DNA of 57,263 nt from a virus. Taxonomy: Duplodnaviria; Caudoviricetes. How positions within the stretch are numbered: the stretch's first letter is position 1; each line of letters starts with the position of its first letter. The notes beneath the pieces are model-generated. The model saw only the letters and a program-made list of their open reading frames with translations, had not been told where the DNA came from and searched no databases. This document shows, one piece after another, positions 33,961 to 44,874 of the stretch. The DNA lies in IMG/VR virus record IMGVR_UViG_3300034156_000030, positions 1-57,263 of that record; one strand, 5' to 3'. The position numbers and the translations under genes were made by a program.

Positions 33961-35927
33961 GTTACTGGAGTAACAACCATATCTTCAGCAACTAATTGAG
34001 TTATTCGTCCGTCGCCATCTTTAGTCCATGTGAACTTTACAATTTCATCACTATAGACTGCCTTGAATCCATTTGTATAGAAGTCTAGACTATCCAACTT
34101 ATATGGATGTAATATTATACCACCATTAGTTAGAGCTATTCTTCTTAATGTACCGTCCGTAGAAGTGTAGTAATCTAAATATAATCCGTCTGTACCTTTA
34201 TAGATGAACGCTTTTCCATTATCACCTACACCAGTTCCAGCACCTAATGTAAGTTTTGGAATATATGCGCCACTCTCATCATGAAAAGATTGTTCCATTT
34301 TGACGGTTTCGTTGTACTTATAAATATAAACAGGGAAGTCAGTAACAGTACTAGACATTACTTCTTTTTTGTCATTCATCCAATAACAAACTTCACCATT
34401 ATGATTTCTGTATGATTCAAAGTTATCAAAATGATTCGTAACATTCATAACAACATATTTAACTTTATAATCTCTCGCACCACCACTCATTTGGTAATAA
34501 GATGTGGAATTAAGTGCTCTATATTGTCGACCAGCTACAAAAGCATCCCAAGCGTTCATCTCGGCGCCATTTGAGAATATAATTTCACCAGTTGTTTGAT
34601 TGATGGATACACTCATATAATATGTATCAGTGAATGGGTCTAATGTCATATCCCATACGCCAGATATACCTTGTATTGCTGCATATAAAATAGCAATATA
34701 TGCTTGTATGAATTGTATTGTCTGACCTACTATTTTGATATAATTAACATCACTTGTATCACTATTAAGATATTTATGTATCTTAACTGATGTATCTAAC
34801 TGAGAAACTGTAAGTTCTGCTATATTACCATTATCAGCATATAGATTTGGTGTGATAAGTACATTTGGATGTAATATACCATCAAATATAAGTGACATTT
34901 CTGAATGTTCAGGGTCATTAACGTCCTCGTATTCAAAGTACATTCTATCTTTCCATACAGTGCCACTACCATCACCTGATTGAAATTTCATCTCATCTGC
35001 CCGAAAATACGACCGGGCTTTTTTGTCAGCTCGAACATTCTCGAAGCCAAATTCCGGACCTATTCGAGTTCCATTATAAAGTTTATCCTTAACAACAGTA
35101 GATGTTTCTATCCTATACAGATGTTCTGCTAAACCATTCACATATTTAGAAAATTGGAAAGTAACATCACTGATATCATAAACATTTCGATTAATGCTGA
35201 CAACTCTCAGACTCTCTCTAATATGTAATTCGTTTTGTATTAGTATTATTTCATCACCTATATTATAAACATCTCCAGGTAAATATATAGGAGTGCAAGT
35301 ATATGTTATGGTTGGATTACCGTCCTTATCACGTTGTCTTTTATTAATTTCTTTAGATATAATCTTGACATTACGATTTTTAATAGCAGGTTTAACTGAA
35401 GTAGAACCTCTATGATGAACTATTGATACTGTAAATTTATCAAATACAATATCACCTGCAAGATAAGCAACAAACTCCATTAAAGTTGCACGTCTACTTT
35501 TAGTTTCTTCAATAGAATAAGCAGTATTATCTTCAAACTCTACTGTACCAACCGTAAAGGGTGTATCTTCAAGAATCTTACCTAGGATATATGTTGGTGT
35601 TCCCAATTCTGCAAAGTATTCTAAGTTGTATAGTTCCTGATTCAAACGATATGATATATGTTCCGATTGTATTACTACGGAAAAGCTACCATCTTCGTTC
35701 GAATTTTTCTTAATATATGCCGTATCAAACCAATCATTATCAACCTCAAATATAGAATCTTCATTTATTAAATCACTTAATTTTTGATCTAATATTGCAT
35801 CAAAATCAAGAGTATTTTCACCGTTTAGCTCTTCAATACGATTAGAAGAAATGGTGCTTTTTATTATACCCAATCTTTCAAAACTAGTATTAAGTATTCT
35901 AATCATAACACCATTCCTCCTTATCAT
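33936..35927 (-). CDS. Tail-associated (Tal, prophage endopeptidase-like) protein
   Basis: EELNG.NTL.F, EHISY.L, ILE.TPFTVG.V; located downstream of Dit. Confidence 0.75.
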   Translation of the reverse strand: MIRRNGVMIRILNTSFERLGIIKSTISSNRIEELNGENTLDFDAILDQKLSDLINEDSIFEVDNDWFDTAYIKKNSNEDGSFSVVIQSEHISYRLNQELYNLEYFAELGTPTYILGKILEDTPFTVGTVEFEDNTAYSIEETKSRRATLMEFVAYLAGDIVFDKFTVSIVHHRGSTSVKPAIKNRNVKIISKEINKRQRDKDGNPTITYTCTPIYLPGDVYNIGDEIILIQNELHIRESLRVVSINRNVYDISDVTFQFSKYVNGLAEHLYRIETSTVVKDKLYNGTRIGPEFGFENVRADKKARSYFRADEMKFQSGDGSGTVWKDRMYFEYEDVNDPEHSEMSLIFDGILHPNVLITPNLYADNGNIAELTVSQLDTSVKIHKYLNSDTSDVNYIKIVGQTIQFIQAYIAILYAAIQGISGVWDMTLDPFTDTYYMSVSINQTTGEIIFSNGAEMNAWDAFVAGRQYRALNSTSYYQMSGGARDYKVKYVVMNVTNHFDNFESYRNHNGEVCYWMNDKKEVMSSTVTDFPVYIYKYNETVKMEQSFHDESGAYIPKLTLGAGTGVGDNGKAFIYKGTDGLYLDYYTSTDGTLRRIALTNGGIILHPYKLDSLDFYTNGFKAVYSDEIVKFTWTKDGDGRITQLVAEDMVVTPVTWHEEVMP

Positions 35928-35950
35928 CCTTTAATATTTGTTTTGGGTAA

Positions 35951-36307
35951 TTACTCCACCGGGATTTTTTCAGAATCGTCTTTCATGAATTTACGTATTT
36001 CCTCGATATCGCAATTTTCATTAAAGCTACAGAAATTATTTTGGTCACCCATATTTGATAGAAGTTTTTTCTCGTCATCATTCAAGAAAAGTTTCACTGG
36101 TATTTCCGCTGAACTATTGTATGTTTTGTCCCCTATTTTGACCTTTATAGAGATGTCCTTATGATTGAACGTTAATGTCTTGTGTGATGTATTCTCTATA
36201 AATGTCTTAGCACTTGAATTCAAAACAAGTGCTATGGGCGTTTTTACACTGTTAAATTCGTCTGTACCTATTTTTACCTTCATAATACTACCTCCTATCA
36301 CATCCAT
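35951..36307 (-). CDS. Hypothetical protein with internal duplication
   Basis: KVKIG...NS...P..L.LN occurs twice. Confidence 0.6.
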   Translation of the reverse strand: MDVIGGSIMKVKIGTDEFNSVKTPIALVLNSSAKTFIENTSHKTLTFNHKDISIKVKIGDKTYNSSAEIPVKLFLNDDEKKLLSNMGDQNNFCSFNENCDIEEIRKFMKDDSEKIPVE

Positions 36308-37062
36308 AATGGAATATATTCAATTGATATTTCTACAAGGATACTGTCTCCTGATATTAATACTGTGTTTTCTCCAGGAACAATGGGTAAGAATGTATCT
36401 ATATCACCAGTAATAACAGAGAATTTGTTTTCATCATTCAAGATGACTTCCATCTCTATATTATCAATAATAAGTAAACCAGAACCTGATTCACCATAAT
36501 ATAAACTCTTACCATTCATACCTATACCAATGTTTTGCCAACTACCTAATATCTTGATAATAGATTTACTACCTTGAGGACTCTTAAAATTAATTCTACG
36601 AGTTCCAAGGTTAGTAAATGTATCATCAACTCCAGTAACACTAATCCATTGAGGTCGTCTTTCGTTGGAATAAGCAAAAGGTTGACAATCGAATTCAATA
36701 TCAGCAGAACCTGATTCCCACAAATTCTCCAAATCAATTGCGCTTGTAACCTTTGCTAGATAGTATTTATCCTCCTCATCATGCATTTTTAGTTGTGCCC
36801 AACTTTGAGTAGATAACCACGCGGCTATTTGACGAGCTCTCGTACGTAGTTCTTCATAAGATGTGCCAATATACTGTATCTTCATAGTAATCGTACGTAA
36901 TGAATACTCTTGACCGTCATCATCAAAATCATAGGATCCAGAGATGCCAGGCGGATCTATTCTACGTAACTTTGCTGCTGGTAGTAATGGACGTTTAACT
37001 GATTTACAAACCAATTTAAATGTACTACTTTCAACATTATTAAATATGAATGAACCTATCAT
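36298..37062 (-). CDS. Distal tail protein (Dit)
   Basis: F.FN...S, IAAWL, DE.DKYY.A, F.CQPFAY, PGENT; follows the tape measure gene. Confidence 0.85.
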   Translation of the reverse strand: MIGSFIFNNVESSTFKLVCKSVKRPLLPAAKLRRIDPPGISGSYDFDDDGQEYSLRTITMKIQYIGTSYEELRTRARQIAAWLSTQSWAQLKMHDEEDKYYLAKVTSAIDLENLWESGSADIEFDCQPFAYSNERRPQWISVTGVDDTFTNLGTRRINFKSPQGSKSIIKILGSWQNIGIGMNGKSLYYGESGSGLLIIDNIEMEVILNDENKFSVITGDIDTFLPIVPGENTVLISGDSILVEISIEYIPLWM

Positions 37063-40000
37063 TTTACTTGCACCCCTTTCGCTAGATTATATCTATCTAT
37101 GAGATTTCTTTGGTCGTTGCTAATCTTACGTATGTCATTATCGTTACGTACAGTGTAGTAATTAGGTCCGAAACTAATCTTACTGTCATTACTATTATTT
37201 GTTGTATTATTAGTTCCTTCTGAAATGCCCCCATTTTGACCTTGAGTGGCTACCGTTGCAACTTGGTTTGTTGTTGCTGTTACATTAAGACCCTGTTGAT
37301 TAGCAAATGATGATTTAATACCACTTTCTACATCTGTCATATCAACAACAGGTCTGATGGTTGGTTGTAAATCAATGTTTCCATCTAGAAGGTCTTGAAT
37401 ATGACTTAGAGCACTACTCATAGAATCAACGGCAGTTTTACCCATATCTTCAGATGCACTACCTACCTTACCTGATATACCATATAAGCCATTAATCATA
37501 CCTTGACCCATATATACACCCATCTGTTCTGTTACTTTAGATGGTGAATGCATATCTAATAATTTAGCAATAGCTTCAATCGAACTACCAACAACATCTT
37601 TAGTTGCTGCGGCTAATTCTTTACCTGTACTAGCTATACCTTTTATTAATCCTTTTACTATGTTAGCACCAACTTCTGGTAACTTAGTTATAAGGTCAGT
37701 AAGTGATTCTATTATAGCAGTGATTAGATTACTACAAGCATCATAAACTAGATTATGATTCTTACGAATAGCATCAGCTAATCCATTAATTAATGTAATA
37801 ATAATCTTAAATGCCATGTCGATAATATCTGGAAGTTTTTGTCTGACACCATCTAAGAAATTAAGTATAACATCTATTCCAGCCTTAACTATGTCTGCTA
37901 TATTATTAGATATACCTTGGAGGAATCCAATAATAATCTTAGAACCAGTATCAATAAATTGTGGTAAGAATTCAAGAATCTTCTTTAATGTTTGTAATAT
38001 GAATTTCATGATTGTATCTATAAGTGGAGGCATTAAGTCGTTAATAATTTTAATTAATCCAGCAAAGAATACACTAATTGCTTGTACTATTACTGGCATA
38101 CCATCTATTATAACACCGGCAAAAGCTATTATCGCTAATCCCATCTGCTTGAATAAGAATGGTATTAAACCTATTAACCCGGTGACTATACTTATAAAGA
38201 CTGCTACTCCTGCCGCACCAGATACTGCTAATGCAGCTAATCCAGCAGAGAATAACAATAGTCCGCCACCAATTGCTAATATGGCTATGCCAAGAAGTCC
38301 AATAGCAACTCCTAATGCTAATATGACAGGTACTAGTGGTGCTAGAACAAGAGCTGCTACTCCTATTACTACAAACACACCAGCTAGTGCAAGTAACCCA
38401 ATACCAATTTGTATTAGTGACATATCGCCTAACGTTTTTAGAACCTTGGCTAGGATCGTTAATGCAAATGATACTATTAATAATGCGGCTGCTCCGGCTA
38501 AGGATGTTTGCATGAATTTCAGAGCAACACCAATTATAAGTAAAGAGCCAGCTAGAACAACAAGACCTTTTGCTATTTGTTCCCATGACATATTGCCCAT
38601 TTGAGATAGTGCTTTTGATAGAATTAGTAAGGACGCTGATATTGCTAGCATTCCTAGACCAATAGATATCATATTATTAGGCATTAACTTCATGGCAACT
38701 GTTATCGCGATAAGTGCACCAGACAATGTAAGTAGTCCCTTACCAATTTGGTCAAGTGATAAATTACCCATCTTCTCTATGGCAATAGCAAATACAATCA
38801 TTGCTCCACCTAAAATAGCTAGACCAAGTGCTGTAGAGATAACTCTTTTTGTATCTGGCATTACTCGTAAGAATAGACTAATCTCACCTAATAGTATAGC
38901 AATAGCCCCAAGACCTTTAGCTAAAGTTTTAATGTCTATATCGCCTAACTTTTTAACAGCAACAGCTAATATTTCTAATGCTACTGCTAATAATATAATC
39001 CCTACGCCCTTAGTAATACCCATTTGATTGAGGTTAGTTGCTTTCATGAATAATGCAAGTTCTGTCATAAGTATTGCAACGGATAGTAGACCTTTACCTA
39101 ATGTTTTTGTATCGAGTTTACCAAGTTTACCTACCGCTATGGCTAGTATATTAATTGCAATGGCAAATGCAATAATTCCAGCGGAGCCTTTAATCATACT
39201 GGCTGAATTGGTTGACAATAATTTTGCAGTTATAACTAACATCGCCAATAGACCACCAACGGCAGTAAGACCTTTCTTAATTCCGTCCCAATCAAGTTTA
39301 GCCATCTTAGCCATTGCAAAAGATAGCAATAATACTGCAACTGATATTCCCATCATAGATAACGTTAATTTACCCATAGACGTATAACCAGAAGACGACA
39401 TTATCTTAGCAAAGATAGCCATTGACCCAAATAGGTCTACGAACAAAGTAGTTATTGCAGCTAAAGCGCCAGCAAGTCTTTTAGGGTCTATAGCTGCTAA
39501 TACTGCTAAAGAAACTGCTAGTATACCGATTGCAATAGCTATATTTAATAGAACCTTGGCTTTTAAAGACGATTGCCATGCTTCTAGTGAACCTTTAACA
39601 CCATTAAGAATTCCAGCAAATCCACCAGTTACACTAGACATTGAATTAACAAACTTCTTAATACCAACTAAAAGAGCACCAAGTAATCCAGTATTAACAA
39701 TATCAAGTATAGAACTGAAATTACCCTTATTCATTGCATCCATAATTCTTTCTTGCATGTTAATGAGTGCTTCTCCGATTAGACTAGTAAATTTATAGAA
39801 TAATGGCGCTGTCTTTTTAAGTTCATTAACTATACTAGAAAATATACGTCCAATACCATCAAATAATTTAGAGAATGGACTTAAGCTGGCTTGTACTTTT
39901 CCAGTAAAAGTTTCTATTCCACTTGTATTTATTTCTCCGAATTGTTTAAAGAATCCAATCATGGCAGATATTCCACCACCAACAGTCTTTGCAACCTTTT

Positions 40001-42440
40001 CAATAACGTCACCTATTACTTGTATTACCTTGCCAAAGACATCTCCTTTTTTCAAGAAGTTATCAAATGATACAAGTAAGTCTCCAATACCAGCTGAGAA
40101 ATCAAGAATATTAGAAGTCCCCGGAGCCATTATCTTTATTAGTCTAATTATTCCACTAACTATAGCGGAAATAGCCTGCTTACCTATATCCCATACAGCG
40201 AAGAAACCAGCGTACGTACGTTTAATCTTGTCAGCCGTTTCTCCCCCTATTTTGAGGCTTTCAGTGAAACTTAATAGACCTTTAGTTAATGCTACCAGAT
40301 CTTGTCCAGTTGTTGCTGGAAATATTTCTCTAAATGCTTCACTAATAGGTTTAATTATTTTAACAATTGCTTCAAACGCATTTTGTAATGATTGTATTAG
40401 TGCTGCACGTCCGCCATTATCTTTCCAAATTTGTAGCATACCGTTACGAGCTTTTGATGTTTCATTAATAAATCCACCAACCACATCACTAATATTAGTA
40501 AATAATGATTTAGCTTCTTCAAAATTACCTAATAGAATTTCAAAAGTATTTGTCCAACCAGAACCTACAGCTTCTTGTAATGTCTCAATAAGTTGAGAGA
40601 ATGTTTTAACTTTTGTGGCTGCGTCATTTGCTGTTTGTCCTAATTTTAATATACCTTTTATTTGTTCCTCATTATAACCAATAGCTTTAAGTTGATCCGT
40701 TGTCATGTCACCAGTGAATTTGTTTAATGTTTCAAGAAGAATATCAGATGATAGCCAACCTTTGTCTAAAGATTCTCTAAATGATCCTTCTTTAGCTATT
40801 ATCTTATCAACTTCTACACCATGAACTTTGGCAGTTTCCTTCAAAGCATTTTGAAATACTTGACCACCAATTCCAGCATTAACTACTGAATTCCAATCCT
40901 GAAGTTTAACTTTTCCAGATGCTAATGCTTGAGATAATTGATACATTGCTGATGATACTTGGTCTGCATTTGAACCAGATAATGCACCTAGATTAGCAAT
41001 ACCCTTTATGGCTTTTACAGATGTATCTAATCCTACTCCAGCGGCTGTAAATGTACCAATATTTTTAGTCATTTCGGTAAAGTTATATATTGTTTTATCA
41101 GCATATGTATTTAACTGATCTAAAGCTTTATTTACGTCATCTAAAGTAGAACCTTTAGTTTTAACATTAGCAATATCATTGAGTGCTTTTATATCGGCAT
41201 CTCTTTTTTCTGTTATATTACTAAGAGCTGTTTTTTGTGATTGTTTAAAGTATTTTTCTTCAGCATTTTGTTTTTCTGTTAATGCTTCTCTATCACTTGC
41301 GTGTCTAGCATCCATTAATTCTTTTTCTGTTTTATAAGTATAATTTAAACTTTTAACTTTTGCGTTTTCTTGATCTTTAAGATTTTTAGATGTTACTGAG
41401 TATATATCATTTTCATTTTTTACCTTATTATCATAATCAGTTTTTAATTGATCCTTTTTAAGGTCATACTCAGTCTTAACAGTATCTTTCGCAGTTTCAA
41501 GATTACTAATTTGACTATCTCTTTGTTTGAGTAATGCTTTACGACTCATTTGATCTTGAAAATTAGCTACTGCTTGTTCTGCATCTTTTCTTTTTTGAAT
41601 TGTTTTAGCAAATGTAACTTTCTTTTCCAAATCTTCTAGTGTTTTCTTATCTTGAGCTACTGCTAATGAATCATTTTCAGCTTTAGTTAAACCTTTGAGT
41701 CCATTAATTTCATCATCTAAAGCTTTAATTTTATTATATTTTTCTTCATTTATGGCTTTAAGTTTCTGCATATATTCTTCATTATATATATCAAGAATTA
41801 CTTTATGAGCCTTCTGAAGAGCATCATTTTCGTTTTGAATTGCTGTATCTAAATCGTCTTTTTCTTTACTATGTTTATCTTGAATGATTCTGACTTCATC
41901 ATCTGCTGCTTTTTTAGCTTCTCTTACTTTCTTAGACTGAGCATCTCTGAAATCGCTAAGTGCATCTGCATTGGATGTTTTCATTGCTGCTGTTGCCGTT
42001 ACTGCTGATGTTTTAAGAGCATCTATAGTTACTTGATTAACTTTTCCTACGCCTTCTTGCGTATTGGCTAATATTGTTTGAACCGCATTCATCTGTGTCT
42101 CATATTCATGAAAGCCAGCCATTATTGGGTCTATAGTTAGTGAAGATATTAAATTTTTACCAGCTTCTAAAGCTGCATTAGTGATATTTTGAAGAGCGGT
42201 AACACCAATAAGACCAAACGTTGTAAATCTATTAGCTATTGTTTCTACACCATCGGCGATACCAGCAAGTGAGAATCTTTTTCCAGTTTCAGCCAAGTCA
42301 TTTAAACTTCTACTAGATTCATCAAGATTAAGTCCCTTCTTAAGTTTATCGAGACTATCGAGACTATCTTTTACACCAGATTCGAATTGGCTATTGTTAA
42401 ATTGCATATCAACAATTCTTTCATCAACAGACCTACTCAT
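37059..42440 (-). CDS. Tape measure protein
   Basis: 1793 aa; YADKTIYNF.EMT tape-measure domain, hydrophobic repeats, HSPSKV. Confidence 0.93.
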   Translation of the reverse strand: MSRSVDERIVDMQFNNSQFESGVKDSLDSLDKLKKGLNLDESSRSLNDLAETGKRFSLAGIADGVETIANRFTTFGLIGVTALQNITNAALEAGKNLISSLTIDPIMAGFHEYETQMNAVQTILANTQEGVGKVNQVTIDALKTSAVTATAAMKTSNADALSDFRDAQSKKVREAKKAADDEVRIIQDKHSKEKDDLDTAIQNENDALQKAHKVILDIYNEEYMQKLKAINEEKYNKIKALDDEINGLKGLTKAENDSLAVAQDKKTLEDLEKKVTFAKTIQKRKDAEQAVANFQDQMSRKALLKQRDSQISNLETAKDTVKTEYDLKKDQLKTDYDNKVKNENDIYSVTSKNLKDQENAKVKSLNYTYKTEKELMDARHASDREALTEKQNAEEKYFKQSQKTALSNITEKRDADIKALNDIANVKTKGSTLDDVNKALDQLNTYADKTIYNFTEMTKNIGTFTAAGVGLDTSVKAIKGIANLGALSGSNADQVSSAMYQLSQALASGKVKLQDWNSVVNAGIGGQVFQNALKETAKVHGVEVDKIIAKEGSFRESLDKGWLSSDILLETLNKFTGDMTTDQLKAIGYNEEQIKGILKLGQTANDAATKVKTFSQLIETLQEAVGSGWTNTFEILLGNFEEAKSLFTNISDVVGGFINETSKARNGMLQIWKDNGGRAALIQSLQNAFEAIVKIIKPISEAFREIFPATTGQDLVALTKGLLSFTESLKIGGETADKIKRTYAGFFAVWDIGKQAISAIVSGIIRLIKIMAPGTSNILDFSAGIGDLLVSFDNFLKKGDVFGKVIQVIGDVIEKVAKTVGGGISAMIGFFKQFGEINTSGIETFTGKVQASLSPFSKLFDGIGRIFSSIVNELKKTAPLFYKFTSLIGEALINMQERIMDAMNKGNFSSILDIVNTGLLGALLVGIKKFVNSMSSVTGGFAGILNGVKGSLEAWQSSLKAKVLLNIAIAIGILAVSLAVLAAIDPKRLAGALAAITTLFVDLFGSMAIFAKIMSSSGYTSMGKLTLSMMGISVAVLLLSFAMAKMAKLDWDGIKKGLTAVGGLLAMLVITAKLLSTNSASMIKGSAGIIAFAIAINILAIAVGKLGKLDTKTLGKGLLSVAILMTELALFMKATNLNQMGITKGVGIILLAVALEILAVAVKKLGDIDIKTLAKGLGAIAILLGEISLFLRVMPDTKRVISTALGLAILGGAMIVFAIAIEKMGNLSLDQIGKGLLTLSGALIAITVAMKLMPNNMISIGLGMLAISASLLILSKALSQMGNMSWEQIAKGLVVLAGSLLIIGVALKFMQTSLAGAAALLIVSFALTILAKVLKTLGDMSLIQIGIGLLALAGVFVVIGVAALVLAPLVPVILALGVAIGLLGIAILAIGGGLLLFSAGLAALAVSGAAGVAVFISIVTGLIGLIPFLFKQMGLAIIAFAGVIIDGMPVIVQAISVFFAGLIKIINDLMPPLIDTIMKFILQTLKKILEFLPQFIDTGSKIIIGFLQGISNNIADIVKAGIDVILNFLDGVRQKLPDIIDMAFKIIITLINGLADAIRKNHNLVYDACSNLITAIIESLTDLITKLPEVGANIVKGLIKGIASTGKELAAATKDVVGSSIEAIAKLLDMHSPSKVTEQMGVYMGQGMINGLYGISGKVGSASEDMGKTAVDSMSSALSHIQDLLDGNIDLQPTIRPVVDMTDVESGIKSSFANQQGLNVTATTNQVATVATQGQNGGISEGTNNTTNNSNDSKISFGPNYYTVRNDNDIRKISNDQRNLIDRYNLAKGVQVK

Positions 42441-42811
42441 AAGTTAGTTACCTCCCTCCAAATTTCATCTAATAGATTATCTAGTATAGGTTTTAATGCA
42501 GGATTAATATAATCTTGTCCTTGTACGTATCCACCATTTCTAGTGGCATGTCCATATTGTAGAATGATGGCTATGGGAACTCCATCCACAATATTTGAAT
42601 TTGTCCAGGTTATTTTATATGAATATTTAGAAATTTTAATATTATAGTTCCAACATCTAGCAGTTTCACCGGATTCGGAAGGAGTAGCAGCCGATAAAGC
42701 AGTTACCCCTTCTTTTCCATATTTATTTAATATGCTACTGAGGTTATCCATTTTACGATTTAAGAACTTTTCTGTACTATTAAAATTGCCATGATGCTTA
42801 AAAGTAATCAT
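42437..42811 (-). CDS. Tail completion protein (HK97 gp10-like)
   Basis: ATP..SG.TA..W, LQYGH.T.NGG.V.G..YINPA. Confidence 0.75.
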   Translation of the reverse strand: MITFKHHGNFNSTEKFLNRKMDNLSSILNKYGKEGVTALSAATPSESGETARCWNYNIKISKYSYKITWTNSNIVDGVPIAIILQYGHATRNGGYVQGQDYINPALKPILDNLLDEIWREVTNL

Positions 42812-42833
42812 GATATAACCTCCTTATAATGAT

Positions 42834-43655
42834 TTAATATTTTTTATCAAGTAATCCAGCTTTGTTAAGAACTGTCGCTAATTCTTGACGTTTCAAAAAT
42901 GCCTGTGGATTATCAACAAGACCATCTTTATTTCCATCTGAAAATAATCCGCTAGAGATACCTTTAACTGATGAATCTTTTGCATAGTCTGAAACTGGTA
43001 ATGTAGCAAGTCTAGCATTAATTCTATTAACCAATTGGTCAACCTCTTGATCTGTTAAATTTGCAAAATCCATATTTTCAATCTCCTCTCTCCCATTTTG
43101 AAGTTCTTCTTTAAATCTCGCCCACATCTTATTACCAGTTATCCCGTAGCAAGTATTTATATCATCACCCATGAATGGACGAGGACAATACTTGTGTGTA
43201 ACATCATAATGTCGTACAACATTTTCTATAGGGATATTATACTTGGTAATTAATCCTCTAACAAACGTCATAAGATTAATCCAGACTTGTTCGTTGAAAT
43301 ACCAATCCTTATCTTCTGCATAATCTTGACGATTTGGAGTTAATTTAGATGGACGTACTTCAATACCAATACTATTAGTGTTCCTACAATAAGGATGAAA
43401 GTAAGGTCCATTAGCCGCACCAAGTCCACAGTGCCAAGCAATATCAGCATCATCAACACTTTGATATACTATAGGCAGTTCATCTATAGCATAATGAGCT
43501 GAAGCACCAACATATGATCCTGCAAAATATTGTGCCACTGATAAAGCAGTACCAAGATCACCAAAGAAATGGATGACTAAATATTGTATTCTGCTTACAT
43601 CATTATAATCAGAGAAGTTATACGGGGTCAACATCTTTTTTACTGTTAGTTCCAT
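42834..43655 (-). CDS. Endolysin, N-acetylmuramoyl-L-alanine amidase (Amidase_2)
   Basis: YLVIH, SAHY.ID, AWHCG, NSIGIE, RHYDV..K.CP; SLH-like C-terminus. Confidence 0.9.
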   Translation of the reverse strand: MELTVKKMLTPYNFSDYNDVSRIQYLVIHFFGDLGTALSVAQYFAGSYVGASAHYAIDELPIVYQSVDDADIAWHCGLGAANGPYFHPYCRNTNSIGIEVRPSKLTPNRQDYAEDKDWYFNEQVWINLMTFVRGLITKYNIPIENVVRHYDVTHKYCPRPFMGDDINTCYGITGNKMWARFKEELQNGREEIENMDFANLTDQEVDQLVNRINARLATLPVSDYAKDSSVKGISSGLFSDGNKDGLVDNPQAFLKRQELATVLNKAGLLDKKY

Positions 43656-43788
43656 CTGATGTAGTCACCTCCTTACCATTAAACCCCATAAAATTAGGGT
43701 CAAGAGATTTTCTCCACTTTTCAAATTCTACAGGATCAGTTGGAGGTACTAATCCTGCTTTCTCTGCTTCTGACTTTTCTGCCATCAT
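43618..43788 (-). CDS. 56-aa hypothetical protein overlapping the endolysin start (not in the ORF track)
   Basis: MMAEKSEAEKAGLVPP...KDVDPV; GAAAGGA RBS. Confidence 0.5.
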   Translation of the reverse strand: MMAEKSEAEKAGLVPPTDPVEFEKWRKSLDPNFMGFNGKEVTTSDGTNSKKDVDPV

Positions 43789-43790
43789 TA

Positions 43791-44330
43791 TCATCCTTTC
43801 GTATTTAATGTATTTCTACGAGCCGCATTAATAGCAGCATTACGACTCAATTGTTCTTTTTGACTCATCTTTTTTGGTGGATTGTTTTTTATATTAATTA
43901 CATTTACAAGAGTTAGTAGCCTATTTAAATGCCATTTTTGACATTCGAAAGGAATATTTAAAGCTACCATCCAATAATAGATAATTTCCGATGTAATAAT
44001 TTCTCTATTTAAGGGTCCTTTTTCATTGCGGATTATTGTTGCTGTCATAGGAGCTTCTATATATTGTGTTACTTGTCTTATATGATTATAAGTTATACCA
44101 GCATATGCTTCTGAATCAACATTTTGTATTATAGTCATACAACGAATGTAATCAACTGATTCTTCAAAAGTCTTTTCTTCTTTAGACAGAAATGGCTTAC
44201 ACCACTTTGCCTCCCATTTTGATATGGAGAGTAAAGAATGTTCAAGTTGTAATATTTGTTGTTTTGTATTAACAAACTCTTCTTTTATTTCATCGTATAA
44301 TTCGGTCGCCTGTATTATAATCTTAAACAT
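43791..44330 (-). CDS. Tail assembly chaperone (second)
   Basis: LEHSL.SISKWE.KW.KPF, ECQKWHLNRLLTL; located between MTP and TMP. Confidence 0.65.
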   Translation of the reverse strand: MFKIIIQATELYDEIKEEFVNTKQQILQLEHSLLSISKWEAKWCKPFLSKEEKTFEESVDYIRCMTIIQNVDSEAYAGITYNHIRQVTQYIEAPMTATIIRNEKGPLNREIITSEIIYYWMVALNIPFECQKWHLNRLLTLVNVINIKNNPPKKMSQKEQLSRNAAINAARRNTLNTKG

Positions 44331-44365
44331 TCTGTCACCTCTCTTTTATTTGTTATGATTATTGA

Positions 44366-44794
44366 CTATTTAAAATTTGTGTATTCTCCTGATTTTAAAT
44401 TATTCTGTATAGTATTCACGTTGGCTATTGCATCTTTCATATTAGGTATAATACCTCGAACGAAAGTTGCTGCTGCATCTGCATCGCTAGCAAGTTCCAT
44501 GAATAATTCAACATATGCTTCTGTTTGAGAAAATTCATCTCGAAGTTCTTGAGTCTTTTTGAATACTTTACCATCTGCTGATTTAACGCCATATGCTTTA
44601 AGAATCAAATCTTTGAATGTGTCTATCATGCGTTTATTATCTTTTTCACCGATGATTTTCTTTAACATTTCAGATAAACCACCTTTTTCTGACATTTCCA
44701 TTTCAGTTATTTCTGCTTTATTCATATTAAAGTAAAAAACCTCAGTTCGTACATTACCATCATAATCTGTATAGGTGATTTCTTTTTTTAACAT
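44366..44794 (-). CDS. Tail assembly chaperone
   Basis: ITYTDY.G..RTE.FYFN; directly after MTP. Confidence 0.7.
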   Translation of the reverse strand: MLKKEITYTDYDGNVRTEVFYFNMNKAEITEMEMSEKGGLSEMLKKIIGEKDNKRMIDTFKDLILKAYGVKSADGKVFKKTQELRDEFSQTEAYVELFMELASDADAAATFVRGIIPNMKDAIANVNTIQNNLKSGEYTNFK

Positions 44795-44874
44795 AGTAAT
44801 TTCTCCTTTTCAATTTAAAATTAATAAGGCTCCCGAATAGAGAGCCCCATTAAATTATTAATAGTTTTTGTATT

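Noticed and set aside
41160-42058. Intein in the tape measure protein
   Set aside because: No N-terminal Cys/Ser block, no His-Asn end and no LAGLIDADG motifs; the composition is coiled-coil.
43791-44794. Programmed frameshift between the tail chaperones
   Set aside because: The two ORFs are separated by a gap and the second has its own GAGGTGA RBS; no convincing slippery site was seen.
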